Assembly: GCF_000142905.1 (NCBI RefSeq)
Contig: NW_013657633.1
Location: 191,855-255,854, forward strand
From: Thecamonas trahens ATCC 50062
Lineage: Eukaryota; Protista; Apusomonadida
Direction of reading: 5' to 3'
DNA: 64,000 nt
Shown: piece after piece, positions 11,731 through 21,807 of the stretch
Numbering within the stretch: position 1 is the first letter of the stretch
Layout of the letters: each line of letters begins with the position of its first letter
Made by a program: the position numbers and the translations under genes
Notes under the pieces: model-generated
Seen by the model: the letters and a program-made list of their open reading frames with translations, nothing else
Told to the model about the DNA's origin: nothing
The model's database searches: none

Positions 11731-11802
11731 TTCCTCGTAGTATAATGGCTAGTATCTCAGCTTGTCACGTTGAAGATCCGGGTTCAATCCCCGGCGAGGA
11801 AG
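11731..11802 (+). tRNA. trnD-GTC: tRNA-Asp(GTC), copy 3 (opposite orientation)
   Basis: Identical 72-nt sequence; TTTTTT terminator about 8 nt downstream. Confidence 0.97.
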
Positions 11803-11929
11803 GATCTTCTTTTTTGCCTCTCTCGAGACCCTCACTCTCTGCACACTCAACGGTAGCCAGCGCTCAGCTCTTCTTCAACCTAGCGTACCTCTTGACACCT
11901 CACTGTCATCACCTCGTTCACCCTTTCCA

Positions 11930-12274
11930 ATGCTACGCGCCGCCCTCCTTGCCCGCGTCACCCGTGTCACCTCTGCTGCCATGCCGTTCTCGAACCGCTC
12001 GCTCACCCTCTCTGCGGCCCGTGCTGACGACGACGACCACGCGCCGGTCGACTCGCTCGATGACGCGTCCGCCTTCCTCGACGATGACGACGATGACGTC
12101 GAGGACTGGGCTGATGAAACCCCTCCGCCGCCGCTCTACTCCTCCTCCCATGCTGCCCCGGGCGAGTCGCGCTCCCAGGTCAATACCGAGACCGGTGAGG
12201 TTGGCGGCCCGGCGGGCCCCGAGCCCACCCGCTTCAACGACTGGTCGTTCAAGGGCCGCGTCACAGACTTCTGA
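11930..12274 (+). CDS. SDHAF4: Succinate dehydrogenase assembly factor 4 (DUF1674/Sdh8), mitochondrial
   Basis: C-terminal signature GEVGGPAGPEPTRFNDWSFKGRVTDF; Arg/Ala/Ser-rich N-terminus resembles a mitochondrial presequence. Confidence 0.92.
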   Translation: MLRAALLARVTRVTSAAMPFSNRSLTLSAARADDDDHAPVDSLDDASAFLDDDDDDVEDWADETPPPPLYSSSHAAPGESRSQVNTETGEVGGPAGPEPTRFNDWSFKGRVTDF

Positions 12275-13792
12275 CTCGACGCAAGCCCCCCCCCTCCCTA
12301 CCGCTTGACACCTCTCTTGCTTTGTACACAGACGATGGCCCGATCACGGGTGTCGCTGCGGAGGAGACTCTCTGGAATCTGCGATCTGTGGAGGTGTGCG
12401 CCGTTGGCGGCGCCCACCTCTCGCCGCTCCGTCGCAAGCGACGCTGTGACGAGAGGGAACCGGAAACCTCGCGTTAAACCATCCCTTTTGACGCAAGAAG
12501 ACCTTCATTCGCCACCCTCCCGGCCGCACACCTGCTAGCAGATTCTCTCTCTCCGCCTCGGGGTGCTGGCCAAGCTGTGATCGCATCGGTGCCAGCTCGG
12601 TGCCGCCCTCCCGCCTCGACCTCAAGCACCTGCAGCGTGCGGGTGCGAGGGCGAGCGCGCGGAGGCGCTATCGCGAGCAGCGCCGTCTCCCTCGGGCGCT
12701 CGGTTCCGTTGTGCCATCACGGGGCAAATGCCTCGCATGCTCAGTCAAGGCGTTGCACAGGCTCAGAGCATGCGATGTGCGGTCCTGCCGCTGCATCGGC
12801 TTTTTGTTGTACTTTTCCTTGCTGTTGTCGTTGGCCACATGCGGCTTTGCCGCTGCAGCAGCTTGTGGTTGATCGTTCCTTGTTGTGTCGGCTGGCGCCT
12901 TGCGGTTCTTCCGCATCATCATCTGGTTACTTTTGTTTTTCTGCTCGGTGCTGTTGTTGCCTCCCAGCAGAGAGCATGCAGTCTGATGTCGTTGCCGTGG
13001 TCATGGTCGCTACGACTCGGTGTGGGTGCATCGCCCTTTTTCTTTCTTGTTTGTCGCGTTGGCTTTTCCTGTCGTTCAGCCGGGCGACGCAGCCTGTCGT
13101 TGTGCTGATGCGCGTGCTGATGTGCGTGCTGATGCGCATACTGTTGCGCATGCCGTTGTGCGTTCCTTGCGCGTGCTGTTGCCTATGCCTTTGCGCTTGC
13201 GCTCTTGGTGACTTTGGGCCACTTGTTTTTTTTTTTTTCGCTCAGCCGTAGAACATGTTGTGTCGTCTCCTCCAGCCCGCACAGAGGTGTAGAACCCCGA
13301 CCCAAACCACACTTGCTCTTTCCTCCTACCACCACCTCCACCCCTCCCCGTCGTCACCTTCTCCCGTCCCTTTCCCTGTCGCACCCCGACTGCTTGAGTC
13401 AAGTCTTGCCGACTCTTGCTCATTCCGAACGAAAAAGCAAACGTTGCCAAAGAACGTTCCGCCACACGTGCGTGGTGCCGCCACCCTTCGCCACTCCGCC
13501 TGCCGCACCGTCTCCTGCCGTGTCCTATCCATTCACCGTGCTCGCATACGTCTGTACCACTCGTCACACTTCTCTTGTTGCAGCTATCCCTGCTTCTCGC
13601 TCTCAAAGCCCCTCATTCTTGCGCACTCTCCGTCCCGTCTTCCTCCCAGCTGAGCGTGCGGAATGCGGCGCAAGTGAAAAAAAACAACGAACAAATACAA
13701 ATTGGCGCTCGTGAGCAAATCCCAGCCGGAGCCGGCAAGGGGCGACAGTGCCTGACAGCGCCAGCTGACTCGACCTCCCGCACCACCGCGGC

Positions 13793-14185
13793 ATGGACCA
13801 AACTCTTGGTGAGGTGCGGGCCGAAAAGGCTGAGGCCAAGGCCGCCTTCCGCGAGGTTGCTGCCGAGTATGCCTCTGCCGCCGCCGACGGGGCCGACCCA
13901 GAGTCACTTGCCGAGCTCCAGACCGAGCTGGATGAGGTCTACGAGGCGTACGTCTACGCCTCGTGCGTCCTCCGCGTCGTTGAGAACCTGCTCCGCCTCA
14001 CCCTCGCTGCCGCCGTCCGCGCTCGCTCGATCCCACCCGCTCGCACTTCGTCTCGCCTCGACCTCACCACTGTCGCCGATGCCGTCCTTCGCAGGCCGTC
14101 CCGCTCTGCCTCCCAATTGGACTCGCTCTCCTCGCTCCGCCTCTCCTCCACTTCATCGGTCACACTCGAGTTGTCCGGCGAGTAG
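13793..14185 (+). CDS. Hypothetical small helical protein (130 aa)
   Basis: Codon usage like neighbouring genes (GAG/GCC/CTC rich); amphipathic helical N-half; no recognised motif. Confidence 0.55.
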   Translation: MDQTLGEVRAEKAEAKAAFREVAAEYASAAADGADPESLAELQTELDEVYEAYVYASCVLRVVENLLRLTLAAAVRARSIPPARTSSRLDLTTVADAVLRRPSRSASQLDSLSSLRLSSTSSVTLELSGE

Positions 14186-14305
14186 CGCCCACTCCCAGCT
14201 TCACCTCACCGCTTCGTACGCGTCGAGCGCAGAGCCCTGACCAGTCTGCTGCCAATGGCCAGACACTCGCCCCCACACTCAAAACCAGAGCGCTTTCAAT
14301 CAATC

Positions 14306-16284
14306 TCAGTCTCCAAACGCATTCAGTTCGGCTCCAGACAGGCTCTCAAACTCCTTGGCCTCGCGCGCAGCGCGCGCCTTCGCCAGCAACTTCCGCTTGA
14401 TCACCATGTAGGAGCCGATGCCCACACCGAGCACAACCACGGCAGCCACAATGACTCCGATGAGCACCCCCGTCGCCCCAGACGTGTCCTTTGGCGGCGC
14501 CTGCGCCGGAAACGTTACTCCGATCCGCCCTAGCTCAGAATCGCTGCCGTCCACAGCGGGCCTCGCCGGCTTCTTCCCTGTGAGAACGTCAACAAGCTCG
14601 CGGACAAGCGAGGGTCCTGTCCGGTTGCCGCAGTCGATGATGGTAAAGGTCACCGTGTCTGGCGGGTTTTCCGGCGGCTCGGCCTTGATCACGATGCACG
14701 ACTCGTCGATGTCGAGCTCGTACGCCACCGCTGCCAGAAACACGCTTCGGTTGTACGGCTTGGACAGCTCAAGGACGACCGTGAGCGACTCGGCGTCGGC
14801 ATCGTTGACATTGCACAGCGGCGAAAACTGCCACCCCACGTCGCAATCGCACCGGTCGTTGAGCGAGATCGGGCACACCCCGTGGCCCGAGCAGTCCGGC
14901 GGGTTGCACGCCACAGAAAACTGGTCACAGTTGCGTCCGTTCCACGACCCCACGTTGTCCACCACGCACTCGCACGTCCCATCGTTGCACACTCCGTGGT
15001 TCAGCTCCTCGCCGCATCCGCCCTCGCACCGCCGCTCCTCGCAGTACTGGCCTGTAAAGTTCGCCGTGCACTCGCACACGCCCTGGTTGCACACCCCGCG
15101 CTCCGGCCCATAGCAGTCAAAGGGACAGAGAATGATCGAGCAGTCAAAGCCGGCTCGGAGCGTGTTGCAGTTGCACGTCGTCCCGGTGCACACACCGCCG
15201 CTGCTCGCCGCGTTGCAGTTGTTCGGGCACGTTGCAGTCTCCACAACAATCACTTGTGCCGGGTTCGACTGCGTCCCAAAGTACACCCGCTCGTTGGCCA
15301 CGTCGATCACCGCAGACTGTAGCCGCTTCTCGCCCGTGTTGAGTGTAAGCGTCTCAACAAGTTCCATGCTCGTCGCGTTCACCAGGTACACAAACCCGAC
15401 AGGAATCGAGTTGGCGCCCCAGTACTGCAGCCCAGTCGTCGGATCCATCGCCGCAGACCGAATCCCAGCCGAGCCTGTAAAGAGCCGCCGGCCTGTTCGG
15501 AAAAAGGCGGCAGGATCCGTAACATCCACCTCTACAACAAAGTTGGCCGACGAATCCGTTCCAAAGTAAGCCTTGGTACGCGTCCCCTCGCCCCGCAACA
15601 GCGACGCAGACATAAAGTCCTCGCCTGACTCGAGCAACTTGGATGATATCGTTCCAGTCTTCAAGCTTGTGGCTGAGAATGGCGCCACCTTGGTGGGCTT
15701 GGTCAGCGAGGCGCCGAACATCATCTCCGTCACGGGGTCAAGAGCCATGGTGAAAAACCGATCTCCAAGATTCTCCCCAACCACTTGCACTAGTGGGCTG
15801 ATCGAATACTTGTAAACCATGATCTTCATCGCTGCGTCTTGGTCACACGAGACAATCGCCGTGCTCCTTGCAGGGTCCACAACAAGTGCAAAGTACGGTG
15901 GCCGCCCGGCCGGGGCGTGCGACTCTACAACCGCGTGTGTCGTCGGCGAGACGGTAGCCACCACCCCATCAAACGTCGCGACAATGATGAGCGTGCTGTT
16001 CGCGTCAAAGCCTGCACTCTTGACCTTGTTCAGCCCCGAGACAGAGCCCTCCCACACAACAGTGTTGGCAGCCGTGTCGATCTCCACAAGATACGTCGGG
16101 CTCTCAAATGAGAAAAAGTACGCTCGCGACGTGTCTGGGTCCGACGTCGCCGCCAGAAAGTCGGCGTGGCCGGCAAAGGTAAACGCTGACGACCGCGAGA
16201 ACGTGGTCGCAGCACCATGCCGTGCCATTAGAGTGACCACTAGCACCAAGAGAAGCTTCGCACACTGTCGCCGGGGAGGATCAT
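14306..16284 (-). CDS. Type I membrane protein: beta-propeller-like ectodomain + about 4 tenascin/integrin-type EGF repeats + TM + short tail; the start at 16284 needs +1 nt at the 16273-16276 run
   Basis: Repeated blades (SAAMDPTTGLQYWG, SAVIDVANERVYFG); EGF repeats (CYGPERGVCNQGVCECTANFTGQYC, CSGHGVC); TM GVLIGVIVAAVVVLGVGIGSYMVI; hydrophobic signal-like LLLVLVVTL just downstream of an out-of-frame ATG. Confidence 0.8.
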
Positions 16285-16655
16285 GGAGTGAGTGAGGAGA
16301 CGAAGTGCCGCCCGCCAAAGCAAAAAAGTATGCATGCCACTTCAGGCGGCCCTGTCCAGCCACCACGACGCCGGGTGGCTTTGGTGACCGGGAAGCAGCA
16401 CACTCTCGCATACCTTGTGCACTCCACAGACCGTCATGTGGATGTCCAAGTCTTAGGGGGTAGCCAAAAAATGGCGTCGAATACAAGCGCACAGGCTGAA
16501 GTCGTGGCTGTGAGCGTTGCTGGGGTGTGGGATCGCCATTTTGACAGACATTCGTCAGCCCCCACGCCATGCATCACCCTCCTCCACAGCGCTTGCGTCG
16601 GGACACGTTCGCGAAGTCATTCGACTCGCCCTTTGGCAGACAAAGGACGAAGAGC

Positions 16656-18490
16656 ATGCAACCTGTTGTTGTTGCTGTGCTGGCTTTGGTTGCTGTTGTG
16701 TGCGGGTGCATGTGTGTGGGTACGCAGCAGGTACCTCTTTGAACACAAGTATTTTTGTGGCACGACAAAAGCGTTGTCGAGGGTGGTGCACGCGAAAGGG
16801 CAAGGGGGATGGGGAGGGGGGAAGGGGGGGGGGGAACGAGGGGGGAGAGGAGGTGGGAACAGGGGCTGTGGAAGCAGTAGCAGAGTGGCTTGCCTGTTCA
16901 TCCAGCTGGCGACCACATGGGCGACCGGCCTGCTCACCTCGCGCCATCAACACTCACCACCGTGTGGCAACTCCTGCCGTGTACACACCTTCTGCTCGCA
17001 GACGCCGCCACGCCTGAAGAGCCGTTTTGCCTCTCATGGAACATGCCGAGTGTGTGCTTCTTCGAGACGGTCTATCCGTTACTGACTGATGAGACGTTCC
17101 AGGACTTTTACCAGTACAACATCCCGTTCGGTACGTGATCGTCCACCAAAGGGAGGGTGTGTGTGTGTGGGGTGTGTGGTGGAGAAGAGGTATGGCGCTC
17201 AAACTCACGATCATGCTTGTGGTCTGTCCCGCCCGCGCTGCTGGCGGCTGGCGGCTGGCTGCAGGCTCGAGCGCCAACTCGGGCATCGAGCTCTCGGGAG
17301 TCACCCAGTTCCTCATCGTCAAGGAGCAGGTCGGCAAGGCTGCGCCTGAAGACCAGCGCCTGGCACTCTCCGTCATCCACGACAAGCCACAAGACGGCGA
17401 TGGCGGCGCCATCGCCTTTAACTTTTCCGCTCCCGGCGCCGGCTTTCCATACTTTTTCGAGGCCAATACCGGCGACAACACGAATTCCAACGTGCCGCCC
17501 TTTCTTGTGCGCGACGATGTCACCCATCGCCTCGACGGCTACTTTTTCGACAACGAGACCGAGTCTGGCGAGTGCCACTGGGCCTACGCCGCGTGTTGCA
17601 CCGATGGAGCCTCGATCGGTCCGCTCATCTCGCCGCTCGAGTCGGTTCCGTACGAGATTACTATCAAGTTCACGGAGCTGATTGATGCCGTCAACGTCAC
17701 TGGTGCGAACGATGCCGCCAGTAGGGGTGATCCTTGGTCCCAGGAAGTCTACTTTCGCAACGCTCCACCGCTGCAGCCCACCCATCTCATTCGCCTTCCC
17801 ACCAGGAACGGGACCATCTACCCTGAGCTCCGGCTCCGCCCCGGCGCGTGCGCCCCGCGGCCGCCGTGCGACTACGGCTGCTTCGAGTGCCAGGCCCACC
17901 CCGAGTGTGGATGGTGTGGCGCGACCCAGACGTGCCACGACCGGACGTGCGACGACGCATTTGCCGCCTGCCCTACCGCCGAAGTCGACGCAACGTGCCC
18001 GACCGCCACCTACTGTGCCGCCCGGGACACTTGCGAGGCGTGCGCTGTTGAGACTGTCTGCACCTCTTGCTCGATCTTTGACAACTCGACGTTGAGTGTC
18101 AACACCACGTGCATCGCCAAGGACCTCCTCAACTATAACTTTACCACCTGCGAGTCGGTTAACGACACGCTCGCCTTCTGCCCGCAGGACCCGAGCGTGA
18201 CCAACTCGACCCGCGGGCCGACAAACGTGACCCAGCCGGACACCATCGACATCAGCGACCTCATTCCGGCTTCAGCACCTGGCGAGTCTATCCCGGTCTG
18301 GATCTTCATTGCCATCGGCGTCGCCGTCTTTGTTCTCTTTGCCGTCCTCGTCCTCGTCATCTGGAAGCTGTTGCGAGTCCAGCAGGAGGTCGCCTCTATC
18401 GTCGCCTTTGAGGACACAGACGACATCAAGAGCAACCCGCTGTTCGAGGACAACACCAAGGACAAGCTCAACCCGCTCTACGCCGACTGA
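16656..18490 (+). CDS. Type I membrane protein with PSI-like Cys modules and an integrin-beta-like cytoplasmic tail; exons 16656-16719, 16906-17130, 17265-18490
   Basis: Signal peptide MQPVVVAVLALVAVVCGCMCVA; two phase-consistent GTACG...CAG introns; PSI motif CDYGCFECQAHPECGWC; TM; tail WKLL...FE...NPLF-x8-NPLY. Confidence 0.8.
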
Positions 18491-18521
18491 AGTGCGGCAA
18501 TTAAAGTTTCTGTTTGCTTCG

Positions 18522-21098
18522 CTACGGCCCAACCCGCCGCCGCACCCGTGCGCCGGTGATCCGCAGGCCGTCGATCCCATTGTCGTCACCACCGTCGCCG
18601 CCGTCGCCGCCCGCGACTTTGTACCGCGGCAGCGACGACGTCGATCGCGCGCTCACCAGCCCGCGCCGCCGATCCGCCCGCCCTGCGCTCTGCGGCATCC
18701 GCATCACCAGTCCCGCTCGGCGCGGGCCAGCGCTTGCACTACGCCCGCTTGAGCCGCCCAGCGGCCCGTACCTGACCTCGCGCTTCGGCGCGTGCCCGAG
18801 TTTGGACGCCACCGCGCCCCATGTCAGTGGCACGCTTGCCATCCGCTCCAACTCCTCCGGCTCGACCACGATTACGTTGTGCACTTTGCGCCCGTCTGCA
18901 GCCACGGGCTCGGGTTGCGGTTGCGGTTGTGGTTGTGGTTGGGCTTCAGGCTCGGCTTCGGGCTCGGCTTTGGGCTCGATTTCGGCCTCGCCATCGGCCT
19001 CGACCTCAACACCATCGACCTCGACCTCAACCCCATCGGCCTCGACCTCAACCCCATCGACCTCGACCTCAACCCCATCGGCCTCGACCTCAACCCCATC
19101 GGCCTCGACCTCAACACCATCGACCTCGACCTCAACACCATCGGCCTCGACCTCAATCCCATCGGCCTCGACCTCAACCCCATCGACCTCGACCTCAACA
19201 CCATCGACCTCATCAGCTTCAACCACTTCCACTGCTGCTCCAGCGGCCCCAGCAGCCCCAGTCCCAGATCCAGCTCCAGGCTTGGCCCCAATCCCAATAA
19301 ATTCATCCACGCTACCCGCCCCAGACTTGATCAGCGCCCACACGAGATGGTTCGTCCGGAACGACGATAGAAAGTAACCGACATACCGCTCAAAGGTCGA
19401 CGGCCGCGGAAAAAGAAGCCGAAACCGCCCGCGCCGTGAGATCTGGAGCTCAAACTCGCGGAGGACCCGAACGTCGGCGGCGCTCAGCGCGCCAAGCCCC
19501 CACTCGTCCCGCTCCGCACTCCGCCGCTCCCGCCGGCGCCCCTTGCCCCGCGCCGCCTTGCCTCGCCCCACCGCCATGCCTGCAGACGTCGGCCGCACAA
19601 GCCGCGAGGCCACGCTCCGCCGCTCCGCACGCCCGTGCTGACCGACGTCGTACGCCGTAAAGCCCGCAAGATTGAACAAATCGCACACCATCGCGTCCTT
19701 GATCCGCCGGTCCAGCGCCGTTGACGTGTGGAGTGACGGCGAGATGTTGACTTCGATGAGCCACGGCTTGAGCTTGGAGTCCAGAAAGACGTCAAAACCA
19801 AAGAGTTCGTAGCATGTCGACCGATGCCGCGTCTCGGCCCGTACCACTCCTGCGACCTCGGACTCCATCGCAATGATGGTCTTGACTACAAGATCGTCCA
19901 CACGCTCCCACACCTCATCCCCGCCGATCCCGTGCTCCGCAAAGTACTGCTTGAGCGCGGCCAGCGACCATTTGTGGGCCTGGCTCTCGTCGCTCCCGCC
20001 GTCCGACTCGCTGCCAGACTCGCTTCCGGCCTCCGCGCCCGCTGCCTTGTACTCGGTGTTGTGCTTGTTGACAGAGTAGTTGGTTAGGTGCATGAACCGG
20101 TTCGACCACGAGTCCGCCCCTGGCGCGTACTTGACCGTCGCAAACCGCACAAGCCCGTCGTCAAAGAGGTACACAGTCAGCGGATTGACAGACATGACCG
20201 CCACATACAGCCGGATGTCAAACTTGGTCCCGTTGATCAGCAGCGGGCTCTTGATGTACCGCTGCACAATGCAAGACTTGCCGGACGGCACCTCGGACGC
20301 CCGCGAAATAACCTGGATCCCATTTCCACGCGCCGATGCTCGCGGCTTGACAATCCACGGCGTCCCACCCTTGAGCGTCCGCATCTTGCGCCGCAGGGAC
20401 GCCTCGCCCTGCGGCAACAGGTAGGTCAGCGGAAAGAACGCATAATCGCCGCCAGGATGCGCAGACGCCATCCGCCGCAGCGTGAGGTACAGGCGGTCCT
20501 TCCGTCCGATCGCAGACGAGCCCGGCAAGTGGTTGATCCGCGTAAACTGCGAGACTTTGCGGTGGATGCCGTCCTTCCGCCGTGGGCCCCACGTTCCCAG
20601 CCACGCCCGCGACGTCCGCTTCACAACCTGCACCCCTGCCCTCATCATTGCACGCTTCACCACGTGTGGCGTTTTGCGCGTCGCCAGAAAAACCATCGAC
20701 CGCCGCAGCCGCTTCGGCATCCCGGCACGCTCCGCTGCACCCACCGCCGCCGCGTCGTCCTCGCCGCCGCTCGCGCCCTCGCCCTCATGCTCAAACGTGA
20801 GCAGCGCCACAGGCAGGCCGGGCATGTTCACTGCAGGTAGCGCCGTCGTCAGCATCGCCTCCCTGGGCGCAGGCGTCTCCTCCAACGAGTGCAGCACCCG
20901 GCGGCCGCCCTGTTGGCCCACAGTGCCCGTCGCCGCATGCTTGGCCTGCGCCTCCTCTGACTCGCCGCAACTCCTCCGCCCACTCCCTGTTCCGGCACCA
21001 CCGTCGCACCCCGAGTGCGAGGACTCTGTGCCCGACTCGCTCTCCGAGCCCAGGCCCCACCTCGGTTCCGTGTCGTCCACCTCTGACTGCGCTGCCAT
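18522..21098 (-). CDS. TTLL4: Tubulin polyglutamylase (TTLL4/TTLL5-like)
   Basis: INHLPGSSAIGRKDRL, WIVKPRASARGNGI, VQRYIKSPLLINGTKFDIRLYV, MHLTNYSVNK, CYELFGFDVFLDSKLKPWLIEVNISPSL. Start codon uncertain. Confidence 0.9.
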   Translation of the reverse strand: MAAQSEVDDTEPRWGLGSESESGTESSHSGCDGGAGTGSGRRSCGESEEAQAKHAATGTVGQQGGRRVLHSLEETPAPREAMLTTALPAVNMPGLPVALLTFEHEGEGASGGEDDAAAVGAAERAGMPKRLRRSMVFLATRKTPHVVKRAMMRAGVQVVKRTSRAWLGTWGPRRKDGIHRKVSQFTRINHLPGSSAIGRKDRLYLTLRRMASAHPGGDYAFFPLTYLLPQGEASLRRKMRTLKGGTPWIVKPRASARGNGIQVISRASEVPSGKSCIVQRYIKSPLLINGTKFDIRLYVAVMSVNPLTVYLFDDGLVRFATVKYAPGADSWSNRFMHLTNYSVNKHNTEYKAAGAEAGSESGSESDGGSDESQAHKWSLAALKQYFAEHGIGGDEVWERVDDLVVKTIIAMESEVAGVVRAETRHRSTCYELFGFDVFLDSKLKPWLIEVNISPSLHTSTALDRRIKDAMVCDLFNLAGFTAYDVGQHGRAERRSVASRLVRPTSAGMAVGRGKAARGKGRRRERRSAERDEWGLGALSAADVRVLREFELQISRRGRFRLLFPRPSTFERYVGYFLSSFRTNHLVWALIKSGAGSVDEFIGIGAKPGAGSGTGAAGAAGAAVEVVEADEVDGVEVEVDGVEVEADGIEVEADGVEVEVDGVEVEADGVEVEADGVEVEVDGVEVEADGVEVEVDGVEVEADGEAEIEPKAEPEAEPEAQPQPQPQPQPEPVAADGRKVHNVIVVEPEELERMASVPLTWGAVASKLGHAPKREVRYGPLGGSSGRSASAGPRRAGLVMRMPQSAGRADRRRGLVSARSTSSLPRYKVAGGDGGDGGDDNGIDGLRITGARVRRRVGP
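18991..19210. repeat. 21-bp coding minisatellite (about 10 units) encoding DGVEVE[A/V] in the TTLL gene
   Basis: Unit ccatcg(g/a)cctcgacctcaac(a/c) repeated in tandem. Confidence 0.95.
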
Positions 21099-21499
21099 CC
21101 CCAGCCTCACCGAGTGATGTGTCTTCAACTCCGCGCCCGGCTGCCACCCGACGCCCGACTCTGCGACCGGTCTGAGACCCTTCCAGACGTACCAGGCCAA
21201 TCAATGCAACGATGCGTACCCACACACTCTGTCCAGGCTACGATGGCTTGCCATGCGCCATTCCTGGCCACGCGGCGCCAAGAGCGTCCCATTTGCCAGT
21301 GCCCGATGGCATGGATCCGGTCATGGACGACGGTTTTCCCTCTCGCCTCCTTTCCTCTCGCCACGATCAATACACGACAATGCAGTTACAGATAGTCCAT
21401 GTTGTTACTTTGAGATCACGCATCTTTGTGTATCCACAGCATCCGCAACGCGTGCGCCAGAGGCAGAGTTGTGCGCCTGAGAGTTGTTTCGAAATCTGG

Positions 21500-21640
21500 G
21501 CTATATAGAACACCTGTAGTCTGAACTATATAATTATATAAACATAACTATATAAACATATGATTATTTATTCAACACGCGAATATCCTAAAATGTCATT
21601 TTAATCACAAAGTAAAATATATAAAATGAATATATACGCG
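21500..21640. promoter_or_regulatory. AT-rich island between the divergent TTLL and ankyrin genes
   Basis: ctatataattatataaacataactatataaacatatgattatttatt...: the only strongly AT-rich tract in a GC-rich window; function inferred. Confidence 0.4.
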
Positions 21641-21807
21641 CGTTTGGGGCCCATGTTCAACGTTTTTTTGCTCTTTGAAGCAGGCCCTTTCCTCCATTCC
21701 TTCTTTCCTTCCGACACCCCGCACCTGCTTGAGTCCTCCCCACCCTTTCTTCCTTCCTTCTTCACCCTGCACCCCTTCCTTCCACACCGCTCGCCACACC
21801 CTCGCCC

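Noticed and set aside
10372-12308. ORFs sharing the peptide IPRSIMASISACHVEDPGSIPGEE
   Set aside because: These are conceptual translations of the three tRNA-Asp genes, not a protein repeat.
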